Origin: Psammoneis japonica
Lineage: Eukaryota
Reading direction: 5' to 3'
Length of the DNA stretch: 64,000 nucleotides
NCBI GenBank assembly: GCA_008632985.1
Contig: QPGO01000266.1
Span: 1 to 64,000, forward strand
Shown here piece by piece: positions 47,987-60,856 of this stretch. The notes below the pieces were generated by a model. That model did not search any database. It was not told the DNA's origin and saw only the letters and a list, made by a program, of their open reading frames with translations. The stretch's first letter is position 1; every line of letters starts with the position of its first letter. The position numbers and the translations under genes are program-made.

Positions 47987-50004
47987 GACCTTTTTTCTTT
48001 TCAAGTTTTTTTACTGAAAATGGACAGACTGTATGACAACTCGAAATCTATCTCGCTGGAGTTGAGTTGGCCCATCCGGCCAAAATCAGTCACTATCCGA
48101 TCACGAGGTGTACGCTTCTGGTACTTTTCCTACGACAAGCGCACAGATTCAAAAGTCATCAATGGCGAAAATGGCATTTGTCTTTGCGATGATCATTTCA
48201 AAGACGATCGGCTCCACACTGCTGATAAACCCCATCCTATGACTGGTGTATATATCTTGTGGCATTATGGTGAGAAAATTTAGTGTGTTGATTAGCAGTT
48301 GTGCATCTTATGGTGCAGTGAGATGCTTCTGGTGGTTTTTGGGTGTTGTCGTCCCTTGTCTTACTCACAGTCGTTTATTTTTGTATCATGTTCTAGAGCA
48401 AGGCATTGACATTATATTATTTGCAGTGTTGAAGCTTTGTGAGTGACTTGGACCGAGTTATGGATTGTGGGGGCGACCTAAGCCACCAGTGCGCTGCTGA
48501 TCATTTGGGGGTGCTTCAGGTGCCGCATCGCGCTGTTGGTACACGACACATCGACTTGACACTCAACAAAAGCACTTGGAATGACTTATGCACAACAATT
48601 GCGAGTACAATTGCGCATTTGATTCGTTTGGTGATGCATGCTTACACGGTTGGGCGTCAATCTGGCGTCTCATCCTCGTTGTTGGTTGTTGGCCGTGCTG
48701 GAGCCACTTTCGCGTCGTGCATGACAGCTCCACTTGACACTGTACTCAACAATGTCAACTTGGAATGACTTTCATGCAACAATTGTGGAGTGTTATTGTG
48801 CATTTTACATGTTTTGTGACACATCCTTACACGGTTAGGCATCAATCTTGCGTCTCCTTCTCGTTGTTGGTTGTTGGCCGCGCGTCGTGCACAACAGCTC
48901 AACTTGATGCTGTGCTCAACAATGTCAGCTTGGAATGACTTATATGCAACAATTGCAGAGTGCCATTGCGTATTTGACTAGTTTGGTGATGCATCCTTGC
49001 CGTTGGGAGTCAGTCTCGCGTCTCATTTGGTTGTTGTGCATGCTGGAGCCGCTTCGCGTCGTGAACGACAACTCAACATGATGCTCAACAAAAGCACCTG
49101 TAATGACTTGTGTGTGGCAATTGCGGTTTATTATCGTGTATTTGATTCGTTTGGTGACGCATCCTTGCTTTTGGGAGTCAATTGTGCTTCTCATCCTCAT
49201 TGCTGGTTTTTGGGCATGCTGGAGCCGCTTTGCGTCGTGCACGATAGCTCGACTTGACACTCAGCAAAAAGCTCCTGGAATGACTTGTGTGTGGCAATTG
49301 TGGACTGTTATCATGCATTTGATTCATTTGGTGATGCATCCTTACAGTTGGGAGTCAATTATGTGTCTCATCCTCGTTGCTGGTTTTTGGGTATGCTGGA
49401 GTCTCTTCGTGTCATGCACGATGGCTCGACTTGACACTTGACACTTAACAAAGCACCTGGAATGACTCATGTGCAACAATTGTGGGCTATTATCATGCAT
49501 TTGATTCATTTGGTGACGCATCCTTACAGTTGGGAGTCAATCTCACCCTCGTGGAAGCGGTTGTGCCGGAAAACCCGCTGTGTCATTTTGCACTGTTGCT
49601 CTACTGCTTGGAACTCAACAACAACTGGAATGGCTTTTACGTGTTTATTTTGTCTATTTCATGTGTTAGTCTAGTTTGTTTGGTTATGCAAAAAAAATTG
49701 TCTGGTGAAACACAAACTGGGATTGGAGGCAGCAGCACGTGGCTGGGTTGCTGCGCCATTCTTTACTTCTAAACCAACCAAATAATTGTAGTTGAAAGGT
49801 GCACTTACGGTAGCCATGATTCCCATTGTGAAATTGATGTCAGTCAGGTCTCATGCTCCATCAACATTGTCATGTACCGTAACAACAACGATGTATCACA
49901 CCGTACTGCATAATGTGTCGGCGAGCTACCGCGAGCGATGTCGCGAGCGAGCGATTTCGAGTTGTCGTACAGTCTGTCTGTCGAACTTGAAAAGAAAAAA
50001 GGTC
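47987..50004. mobile_element. 2-kb non-autonomous TIR element
   Basis: ~60-70 bp imperfect inverted ends GACCTTTTTTCTTTTCAAGTT...GACAGACTGTAYGACAACTCGAAATC; TSD not resolved. Confidence 0.75.
48550..49550. repeat. Tandem array of about six 170-185 bp units inside the TIR element
   Basis: GGAATGACTT and TTTGGTGAYGCATCCTT recur about every 180 bp (unit starts near 48553, 48732, 48901, 49070, 49250, 49427). Confidence 0.88.
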
Positions 50005-51112
50005 TATATATAGAGCGTGAGACAAACCATGACACTCTCGAAAGACATTTGGAAATTGAAACGGCCCTATGCTGGCCTATATAAAACAACAACAGTCATT
50101 GCTAATGGCACAATGCAGTTAACGTGGAGACATTATTGACAATGTCAATGTCCATCGAATTATTCCACTTAACAAATAACTCTAAGGTGCAATTAGGGAG
50201 GCGAATGCAGCATGCGACTGTTATATCCATATTTATAATTATGTGTTATTTATATGTCAATCGTACAGTGCCACAGTCGTGGATGCGTACAAAGGACAGA
50301 ACGATCACACAGAGTTGATTGGATGTCAAAAATTGCAAATACGATCGATTGACGATGTTGACATCTTACATGTCAACAGCAATCGTATCCGGACAATCTG
50401 TTGTCACGATTATATTCCCCGAAAGGCCTTTTGTCTGTAGAAGCAGTACAGAAGCTTTAGGCCATTGAGAACTCGTTCGGAGAAACCAAAAATCATGGAG
50501 TAAAATTTAATCTCATAATTTCCACTTTTCGTACTTCATTCTACTTTCGTTTACACTCGTTCCTCGAGCATAGTGCACATGAATGTTGATGTGCACAAAG
50601 GACTCAGCGATTGCGTGAGCAACCATAGGACCAACATGGCACTTGCCGCAAAAATCGATCAATCGCAATGACACCATCGCACCGTTTGCAATGCCCATTC
50701 CAGGCGATGAACATCACAGCATGTTGGCTCTGACAAAGTGAACAAATGCTGCCATGACAGCTGAGAATTGGGCACAAGACAAGACAGAGTGTTGAACAGC
50801 ATCAACAGGTTCTAGAATTGTAGGATGTTGCACCACTGGGACCACCAATTAAGCGACAGTGGGCCAATCACCAATGGCACATAAACTGCCTGTGTTCGTG
50901 ACAGTGTGCCAGCATTTGTTCACATTCCTGTCACATGCAAAGTGTCTCAAGATTTTTTTGCCTTTTCTGCATCTTCTGCCAAAGTCAGATGTTCTTCCAC
51001 TGAGGGAAAAAGTGATGCAGCTTTCAGATTGAAACTCAAGCTGCCGTCGTTGGCAGGGGCGCTTGTTTGTTCCACAGATTCTGGTGCTGGAGTTCTGTGG
51101 CAATGCTTTCTG

Positions 51113-51497
51113 GATGGGTTCCAGTCCCAGGTGGGGGACTTTTTGTGACATTGGGCCCGCAGAATTCCACGTGCAAGCTCCGCAGTGAAATTGTTGAGCA
51201 ATGGATGTGTCAATCATCGCCAACAGAAAAAGAGGCAATTTTGCGAATGCATCTCCTCCTTCACACTTGAAGCACATTCTTTGCAGCATGTCCGGGTGCA
51301 TTCTTCACCACCCAGTGCATTTTTATTGTCATAAATGCAGATGACAGAAAGCCTTTGGCTTCGCAAAACAGGCAGTGTGGAACAATTTTTTACAACAGAA
51401 CATGCAGAAATGTGCGCGCGAAACATGTGATGGATGATAAAAAACAATCATGTCACAGTTCAGCAGTGCGAGGTCCCACCCAGAGCTGGAATGCATC
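51113..51497. mobile_element. MITE, short subfamily (TpA-eroded copy of 12477-12866)
   Basis: TIRs GATGGGTTCCAGTCCCAGGTGGG / CCCACCCAGAGCTGGAATGCATC; TSD TCTG. Confidence 0.88.
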
Positions 51498-52134
51498 TCT
51501 GCTCTTGCCTCTAAAAAAACCTTTGATGATTCTGACAAACCAGCTGACGTCAGTCTTTTGTCAGATTCATTGCCAGGTGGCTCCACCTGTTGTTCTCCAG
51601 CGGTGTCATTGTCTGTGGCAACTGGTGTTTGTTCTGCGAGCGTTTCTGGCATGGGTGAAATTGATCACGGCAGTTTTGCAGCTCCAACAGCTGCTTGCGC
51701 ATGCTTTTCATGAATGGCAGCCTTTTGCTCATTCAACACACAAATCCTTTGTTCACACATGTCTTTCTCCCATCGTGGGAACTTGACCCAGCAGCGGCTC
51801 TTCTCGATCTTCTGCTCAGCGGCACCCATTTTGACGAAAGCTCAGACCTTCCAAAAAATGTTGTTCCAATTAGCATCACAATGCACTGAGAATGTGACGT
51901 GGCATCTCATGTCCATTGCATTCCAAATCAAGTGATCGAACAATCAAAAGGATGATTTTGGGATAAACAAGCATGATTTGCCACTCTTGGGTCATGCCAC
52001 ACTTTGGAGCCGCATTTTGTGTGCTTCTGTGAGTGTTGCTTTTCAACCGTGGTGCAATCAATGAATCCAACATGTTTCATAAAATCTAAAACATGAGCAC
52101 GCACTTGAATGCTGTTGGATCATGTGTGCAAGGT

Positions 52135-52605
52135 TTGGCAGTCATTGTCTCAATGGGCACAGTGCTGCAAGACGATTTGTCGGTGGCACTTTTTGTGGTG
52201 CGCGATTTTTGTGGTGGTTTGTAAAAGTGGTTTTTCAACATGTCCCACACAAAGGCTGGACAGAACCGCACTGAGTGAGGCAGGTCACTTCTTAGATGAA
52301 TCGTGTTGTCAGACATCATCATTGCAAGAAATGGTTGTTCCTTTCATTTGAGAGAAATCTCCCATTTGGCTGTGTCATTGTTTTAACAGGCACAGCGCTA
52401 CAAGACAATGCATTGGTGGCACTCTTCATGGTGCGCGATTTTGTGGTGGTTTGTAAAAGTGGTTTTTCAACAGGTTCCGTGTGAAGGCCGGGCGGAACCA
52501 TGCTGAGTGAGGCAGGTCACTTCTTGGATGAATCTTGTTGTTGCCGGCAGACATCATCATTGCAAGAAATGGTTGTTCCTTTCATTTGAGAGAAATCTCC
52601 CATCC
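52135..52605. repeat. ~235-bp tandem duplication
   Basis: TTTGTGGTGGTTTGTAAAAGTGGTTTTTCAACA and CATTGCAAGAAATGGTTGTTCCTTTCATTTGAGAGAAATCTCCCAT each occur twice. Confidence 0.9.
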
Positions 52606-53386
52606 CTTCAACCAAACGCCCTGCGTCCAGTGTTTTTACTCCTTTCCTCTCTTCCATCACTGCAGCTGCTGCCGTGCCTCTTTCTGCTGTTCCCTTCCAT
52701 GCTGCATGGGCTCTTCACAACTGTGTTTAAAATGTGGCATTGCTGATGTGAGTGAAGAGAAACAAGTGTGTCAAGTGTGTCAGTGCACCATGCTGTCATG
52801 TGGGCTCTGCACAAACTGGCATGTGTCACCACAAGTGATCTCACTTGGGGTGACACACTTAAAAACACAAGGGTGACACACTCACTGACACACTGTTGCC
52901 CCCTTGCCAGTGCAAAAACATGTAGAAAGCACTAAAATCATGAGCCAACTGATGGCGGAAAAGGGGCAAGTGTGTTGCACGATGTTTTGCACTATCATCT
53001 GCGCAACCAGAACTCAAAATGAGTTTCTCTGTTCAATCCTGCAGATTTCCCCAGCACAACCTCATTGATGTCCACGCTGTGCATTGATTCCATGCCTTTT
53101 TGCATGACGCCAAACCACAAAACACCAAGAATGGCAAATCAATGCTGACCAACAGGTGCTTCATTTCTGCCACAACCAACTCTTTCTCTTTTTCTTTCTG
53201 CTCTTCACCAAAACTCACCAGAAATTCTGGTGACACAAAGAAATTAACAGCACTTGTTTTTCTTTTGTGTCTGGAAATTTCTGCCCACAAAACTGTTTGC
53301 ACAGCACTCTGGCACAGATTTTCTGAAGAAAAATTGTGGCACCTCATTGTTGCTGCTTCTGCTTTGCTGGTGGTGAAGCCATTGAT

Positions 53387-53943
53387 GACGTGTTCCAGCC
53401 GCACGTGAACCAAATCGTGCACAAAAATGACATTTGTGCAATTTTCACGTGGTCTCTGACTTGAAATCGAAATTTCTTCACCAAAAGTGTGTGTTCATGC
53501 AAATTTGAATGTTTTGCAACACTGGCAAGACTAGCATCAGTGTTGCAATGTCATTGTTTTTGTGCCATCTGTGTTTTTTGTTGCAATGAATGAATCGTTA
53601 CACAATGGATGATTTTCGCCAAAATTGCTGCCATCACTTTGATGTTGACACAAACAATTTTTCTACGAGGCTGTGTGGCATGGCTTCTACCTGCGTGCGA
53701 ATCTCTGTGTGCAATGTGATGATGTACAATCAGCATTGAGTCCACTGAGGGAGTTTGTGATGCATGTCCCATGAGGACTTGCGTGCAAGAATGAAAAAAA
53801 CAATTAAATGTTCATGCTCTAAGCACCCACAAAAGCACATTGATTTAAGCATTTTACATGCAAAATCTACACACACGAGAGATGCATGATTTATGTTCAA
53901 AATTGATTGTCGTTTTGTGCATCACCTGGGACTGGAACACGTC
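53387..53943. mobile_element. MITE, long subfamily
   Basis: TIRs GACGTGTTCCAG / CTGGAACACGTC; TSD TGAT; homologous to 10162-10717. Confidence 0.9.
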
Positions 53944-54325
53944 TGATTCAGTGTGCTCAGAGCACTTGCACCAGTTGGAGAAAACCACAAAGAACACCAG
54001 CTGGGAAAAAGCGGGTTCATTTCTGCTTCAAGAAACTTTTTTTTCTCCTCTGCTCCTCTCCTGTGCAGGGTCCTTCCCCAAGAGCCTGAGAAAGTTTTTT
54101 GTTCAGTTCTGAGCCCAGTGGAAAGCACTGCTTGGTGAGTTCCATCTCAACTTGGCAGCTTTTTGTTCTTTGCATTTTTGCAAAAGGAAGTCTGACCCAC
54201 CCGCCGGACGTGGCGGCCCAATTTTTAATTTTGACTGACAACATCAACTCCAGCTTGTTCAAGAAAGTTTTCACTTCTAAAATGCACCATCAGTTGAGCC
54301 ATGAGCACCTCAGAAGGCAAGGCTG

Positions 54326-57300
54326 ATGACAGGCTCACTCCACCCACAAACAACACAGCATGGCTTCTTTGCTCAGTTTGTGCAGTCCAAGCTTTTGCTG
54401 GAGAGGACAGAATTTGAGCAGCACCAAAGAGACATGCTTTTGATGGTGAACAATGCAACCAGCGCCAATCTTGTGCCTCCTGACCTTTCTGGACCTTGGC
54501 CTGCTCCAGCCCAAGCCAGCTTCATGCAAACAGCGTCCAACTCCAGCCAATCTGCAGCCCGCAGAGCTCATGTGTCACAGTTGTTGCTGTCGTCCATTGG
54601 CAGAAAAAGCACCCAATCACTGGGACAGGCTCAATCCCCTGCCAAAAATTTCCCCATGTTCTTGGACAAACATCCGTCTGGCCCTTCAGACACAGGTTCA
54701 TCTGCTGCCCATGCTCCTCACATGGATGTTGCCTTGCCCGAGTTTCCCAACTCCTCCCAAGTGTGGTCTGTTGTGGGAGGCTTGCCAGGACGATGCCCGG
54801 GTGTTGGGTGGACAATGGGAGTCTGCTCTAGTGTTGAGCTTGGCAACAAAAAGACAATTTACAAACAGTGCATGGGTGTCTGCATTTGCACAAGTTGCGG
54901 CCTTTTTGTTGAAAGGCCCCGCCAGCCACAGGGCAGAAAAAAGAAGTTCATGCCTCCCGTGCCATCAAAGCTGGTGTGCCCCAACTGTCCAAGTGACCCA
55001 GAGGACAAGCTGCTGCCAATAAAGCACATTCCTTGCACCTGCACAATGATCTTCACAAACACAGGAGGCTCTGCTTGGCTTTTGCAGCACAAAGGAACGC
55101 ACAAACACCCCAGGCCCCCACCCTCCAAGTTGACACATCAAGCACAAATGGAATTTGATCACCTTGTCCATCTTGCACCAGAAGCAACTCCAACACAGCT
55201 CAGGGTCAGGAACCCAACCAGGGCCCCAGTTTCAAAGCTCCACCCAACTTTGCACAACTTGGACAGAGTGACTTATTTGTGCCAAAAGGCCCTGAAGCCC
55301 CTGTCTGTTCGACATCCTCAAATGCAGAGCTTGCAAACTTCAGAAATGATGTGGACAGCTCCTTCATTCAAAGCAAGCAACTCACCACAGCCAACCAACA
55401 CATCATTGTGCAAAATGAGGACATGATTCAGCTGTTGAAAGAAGGCAACAGTCCACTGCAAACAGACTCAGTGGAAGGGTTTGTTTTTGATCCAGACTTC
55501 CAAGGCAAAATAAATGTCACATTCACCTCTGGGTTTGACCTCACCCTTCAAATGCGGAGCCCTCTGTGCATCAGCATTCTGTTTGGTAAAACAGCAGCCC
55601 ATTGCCAAGAGCACTGGCAGGCAGTGCTGAGGTGCACAAGTGCCAAATCATGGCCCCTGTTTGTGGAGGAATTTTCTGGCAAAACGAGTGACTTCTCCGA
55701 TCCATCAGGAAAGGTTTTTTGCGGCAATGAGAGCATTTGCCAAAGAAAAAATTGACAAACCAAAGGTGTCAGATGAAGAAACAAACCATCTTTACAAGTT
55801 CTGCAGTGTTCACTTTGAAAAGTCTCATTCAAGAGTTGCCCGCAATAGAGGTGTTGTCTCTGCTGACTTGGAGGGTGAGTTCAACCGCCAGGTTGAATAG
55901 ATGAGATCATTTTCCCAAGGACAGTTTGAAAAGCTGGAGCACTCCAGCAACATGGTTTTCAAGACCTTCCCAAATGCCACTTCTTGGCTAAAGTGGTGCC
56001 TCAATCCAAAACGAGCAACCATTTTTTTTTTGACACTTGCAAAAATCTCAACGAAAAGCAAGTAAAAAAGAATGACAGCCTGTGTGATGACACCAATGCT
56101 CAAGAAAATGTTGGGAAGCACTTTCAAACAAGCACTGTCAGGGAAAAAATGATGGTTGGAGAAACGCTTCTTCATGCATGGAAGTTTTGCAACTCTGATT
56201 GACAAGACAGGAGGGCAGTGCAGGCTGGCATCGCCACTTGCTGTGGCGCATTCAGGACAGTTCAAAGTGGCTGCAACAATCCAAGAAAAAAAGGAAAAAA
56301 GCACAAACGCAAAAATGATGGGAGAGCTCCTGACACATCTGACCAGCTGCTCAGGCGCACACAAAAATCTTCCAAAAAACAAGGGTCAAGGTCAAGCAAG
56401 ACAGAAATCCAAACGTCAGTGACCGACTTCTATCCTGGTGCTGACCGCAATGCCATTTTGGCCAGGATGTTTGACCCACCAAGGTGGGGCATGGAGGGCA
56501 CCCCATCACACAGAGGAATCACCAACACGTGCCCTGTGGACAGCTTTGCCATCCTTTTTGGAGGGCTCCATCACCTTGGTCTGCTCAGCGGGCCAATGGC
56601 TGAGCTTGAGCAGCCTGACCACTTGCTCACAAGAGCTTTGGCTCTGATGAAGGAGGGGAGGCATGATGATGCTCACCACCTTTGGGTTGCTGACTCTACA
56701 GTGCTGCCTTGCATGGATCGCACAGAGGTGAGGAGCAGCACACACGCAACAAAGTTTGACATGTTTGGCCCATCAATTTCAGTCCTTTTTTGGCCACCCC
56801 TTCTTAGAGTCATTTGAGGTGCAGCTCAAGTTCAAGTGGCAGTGTGCCAGTGGAAAAGAGTGGTGCCCAAATGCACTGCCAACCACAGTGACAGAAACCC
56901 GCACAGCTTTGGAGTGTGCCGATGACCTCTCTCACCTGCAAGAAATGCTCAACAGGATGATGGGAAAGGACACAACTGTGTGTGCATGTTTGGAAGGTGG
57001 CGGCAATGAGATGTCTCCAAATGACCTGCAGCAGCTCAACTGGGAGACTAAGCCAGCATTGCAAGCAACAGTGGTTGAGCCCACCTTTTGAGGGCTGTGC
57101 TGGCACTGTGTGGTCATCAGAAAAAGAGTTGTCAGGACCCCTCATTTCTTGGTGTGTCACAGACCAGCCAAAGGTCCAACATCTGACTTGTCAACTGTCC
57201 CCAGGTCAATCACATTTGGAGGCAGAAGAGGGCTGCTGAAGGGAACCATCAACACACAAAACAACGTGCACTTCACTTGCTGCATCAAGCTGCATGGAGG

Positions 57301-59166
57301 TGATGGTTGGCTTTTTCATGATGGAATTGACAAAAGGAATCTGCTGCGTTTCTTTGCAGAGAAGGAGGAGCACCAAGTGCTTGCAGAAACAGCTGGCCAA
57401 GAAACCATTGTTGCTGTCTGTGAGATGGACAAGGAAGTTGCAACCAGGAAAGTCAACGTCAAACACACGACAGAAGCTGTCAAACATGGTAATGCAATGG
57501 AGCCAAAACCCCCTTTCCAAGCAAAGGCAGGATGCAAAATTTTCAAGAAAGTGAGCTTGAAGTTCAAGCCACAAGGCAACAAACAGGGTCATCCACCAAA
57601 GTGCAAAGGCTGTGGGCACATCATTCATGCAAAGGATGCAAGGTTGACCTTCACTCACTTCAAGAAAAAAAGCCTCTCAAGTGGAAAACAGAAGAGCAGC
57701 TGCACTGCAAGGCTGCCCACACTGTTAACAAGGTGGCTGCAGAAGACATCAAGAATCTTGTGGAAGAATCAACTGGCAGGCCAATTCACAAAGATCTGTG
57801 GGAGCTTGCTGCAGAGTTGGGCATCTCACCCACTCTCAAACCAAAAATGGAGAAAAAGGAGACACAGCAAAGAAGCACAGAAGCGAGTGTTCAGATGTTT
57901 GAGGGAGAAAAGATTTTGCTTCCCTGCATTCCATGGAGTGTGGACCCGACTCCCAAACTCTGTGAGCTGAGCAACACATGTGCTCTTGACTTGATTTTGG
58001 CAGTCATGTGGATTCAGCTGAGAAACAACGGTTTCTCCAACAAGTCAATTGCTCCGGAGGCTGGCACTCTGCATGAGGCATTGAAGATGATTGATGAAGG
58101 TCAGTCAGATGAAGCAAGACACATGGTTGTCAAGTCTGACCCACTCTTTCCCATGCAGAAGGAATTGCAGTTTTCAAACAAGCCACCACTTGAGGTGAAC
58201 TGCTGGGAAAGTGCAGGACTCAGGGCCCAAAGCTTGCTGCAAGGAGGAGCCAAGCACAATTTTCAAATCACATTGACAAACTGCACCAACCCATTGTGTG
58301 TGTTTGATTGCAAGGTCAAAAACCAAGCAATCTGTTGCTCCACAGAACTCCAAGTGGATTGACCTTGAATTTTTTGAATCTGACGTTTTCAAAATCCAAA
58401 GGAAATTGAAGTGCTCAAGGTGTGGTGAAATGACCACAGTGAAAACAGAGGAGCTGGTGTCATTTGAGTCAAACTTGTTTGTTGTGGACATGGTGCTTGG
58501 TGTGGATGATGCTGGACACCTGAGCATTTCCTCTCAGGCATTCAACACTTTGCCATTTGTTGTTCCACACACAAAGACAAAGAGCTGCATTTCAAGGGAG
58601 CAATTTTGGCAAGTCACAACCACTTCAAGTCCATTGTGAAAATGCCCAACTGCTTTGTTGTCTATGATGGGATTGGCACACCCTGCAGTCAGTTGCATTC
58701 TCTTGATGTGACAGAGACTGAGGCCACAGAGCCATGCAAAATGGCAAAACAACTGCATTTCATCTGCAGTGGCTTTTGTATGAAGTGGTGGCAAGGGAGA
58801 GGACACTCCAGCCATTTCCAGCCAGGACAAAGAAAATTGGAGTGTGGAGCACACTGGAGCTCTTGCCAATCAGGATCCAGAAGATGCCAGCAAGATGGAA
58901 GAGTTTCCAGACAATCCAGTGCTGCCAGAGCACCTGGTGGAGGGGTGACGGAAAATGCCCCGCAGCCACACGCAGCTTCACACACAAGAAAAGAGTTGGC
59001 AAAGCTGATGGCGCAAGGCAAACAAATGCACTTGGTTGGTGATTCCTCCACCATGCTGGGTGTCACCAGGTTGTTTGCCCCATCTCCAATGGAAATGGCA
59101 AAGCATTGGGATCCTCCTTCATTGATGGCAGTTTCGACAGCTGTGCAGCAGGCATCCCTACCGTAG
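54326..59166 (+). pseudogene. Decayed multidomain transposase: GCM-like domain, MULE-like DDE core, two USP/C19-like peptidase domains and a PARP-type zinc-finger-like region
   Basis: Chain of overlapping + strand frames: CMGVCIC..C...RP...CPNC...HIPC...HKHPRPP; QTDSVE, SDFS, CSVHF, DTNAQE; TNTCPVDS...HFTC...WLFHDG; CKGC; SNTCALD...NHFKS...YDG. Confidence 0.65.
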
Positions 59167-60856
59167 CCACCGATGATGCTACTTTCCTGCGTCTGTAGGC
59201 TGTCCGTAGCGACGCTGATCCCGCAGAAGCGCACACTCTAGAAAATGCGACTCCTAGAGTATGAGTCCTACGATGGGCTACAGGAGATCCATAAGACTGA
59301 GACCGGCGTGACTGGCCATCACGCATGTGACTCACCTTGTATGAAGGGTGCGCGTTGGATGTACGCAGTGCCGAGCATGATTGGTTCCGCGGGAGGACTG
59401 AAGCTCTGCATGTCCTGCTATTCGCGCACACACGTACTCTACGTAAAATAATCTCATAATTTTCATACAACACAGAAAACCTCTACCCAAGCACTTGTGC
59501 CCCATTCCTGCATAGGTCAGCTGCCTTTAGCTTGCGCACGTCCTTCCGTGCATTTGACACCATGGTGATGGCAACAAAGCGGCACCGGTGGGTGCTGATT
59601 GCATTTTGTGGTGGTGATGGGTGCTGTCTCTTCAAACGCACGTACGTGCGCATGCCGGTGCAGCAGATGCGGCAAGCCACGCACGTTGGAAGCAGGGTTG
59701 ATGTGGCATTGAAGATGATGTCACAATGATGTCATCTTCAAATTGGACACACTTACGACACACTTGATGACACACTTAAGGCATTTGCACAACAAGCTGA
59801 TGGATGGCAAGACGATTGGACTTTCTGAATTGTTTTGCACTGGAAACTTCGTGCACACTACACGCATCATCGCTGAAAATATCGGGTGACATGACAGTGG
59901 TGCATTGTCATGACGATGGCGATGACAGCGACGTGTCCCAGAGTCTTTTGTCATTGTGGACATTTAAATTGTTAGGTTTAAGAATGCAAACAGTCATGAA
60001 AGTCCTCTCGAGAGCAATCTCTGTTCGAAAGCAAAACGTTGTGCCAATGCCGAGCTCTGTTTTCCGACCTGTTGCTGTTGTACATTCATTGTTGAACGAT
60101 TGAGACTTTGTCAGGGGGACTTTCTTTGCATGTTCGTGTTCTAAACAGTGCATTCGATCATTGTGACAAGTGCCCATTGCATGGTCATCCTGCATGAGCT
60201 TGAGAAAAATGTTGTCTTCATTGTCAGCATCGACGGCATCGACGGCAATTTGTCGCGCAAATCACAAAAAATGCACGACTGTCATCTGTCTGACATTGCG
60301 CCACTGTGCGCTCGTTGTGCGCACACCTTAAAACACACTTTTTTCACTTTCCTGCTGATGTCTGCTGGAAAAGCCATTGCAATGGTCCAGAACAGTCCTT
60401 TTCATTGGAATCTTGCACTGTGTCAATGTGTGTTGCAGATGAGAGATGGTGACATCCTTTGCAAATAAAAAGACTTCTTGTTGTTTGTCCTGCATCACAC
60501 CTTTTCATTTTCATTGCAAAAAGAAGACCACCTGCAGCAGAGGATGTGTTTCTGGGGTTGGTTGAAAAAGACGATTGGTGGACGGGTTGCTGTGTGTCAA
60601 AACACACTGTTCGGGGTTTTGAGCTGGGGATTTGGAAATTGCTGTCACGAGCAACAGCCAGCAAAAAGTTGACAAAGATTCTTTTATGGCAAACAAATGA
60701 GCCCTTGGCACTGCCAAGCAAGCCTCCCAGCATGCCAACACAACTTGTCACAGTCTAGTGTGGAGAACCTGAGAACTGTCATTTGGCTGCAAAGATCAGG
60801 GTTCTGGTTTAGCAATATTCTTTAAGCCGTACGTCTTATATTATAATTGTGATGAC

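Larger units (their letters stand above)
47710..50577 (+). mobile_element. 3' end of a gypsy element (integrase C-terminus, PPT, truncated 3' LTR 50206-50577), interrupted by a TIR element
   Basis: NNIRENARR before 47986; RPYAGLYK...NGT...DNVNVHR (GPY/F-like) at 50060-50165; PPT AGGGAGGCGAA; LTR homology. Confidence 0.7.

Noticed and set aside
48550..49550. Regular repeats resembling a CRISPR array
   Set aside because: Whole ~180-bp units are homologous, with no unique spacers; no cas genes; eukaryotic context
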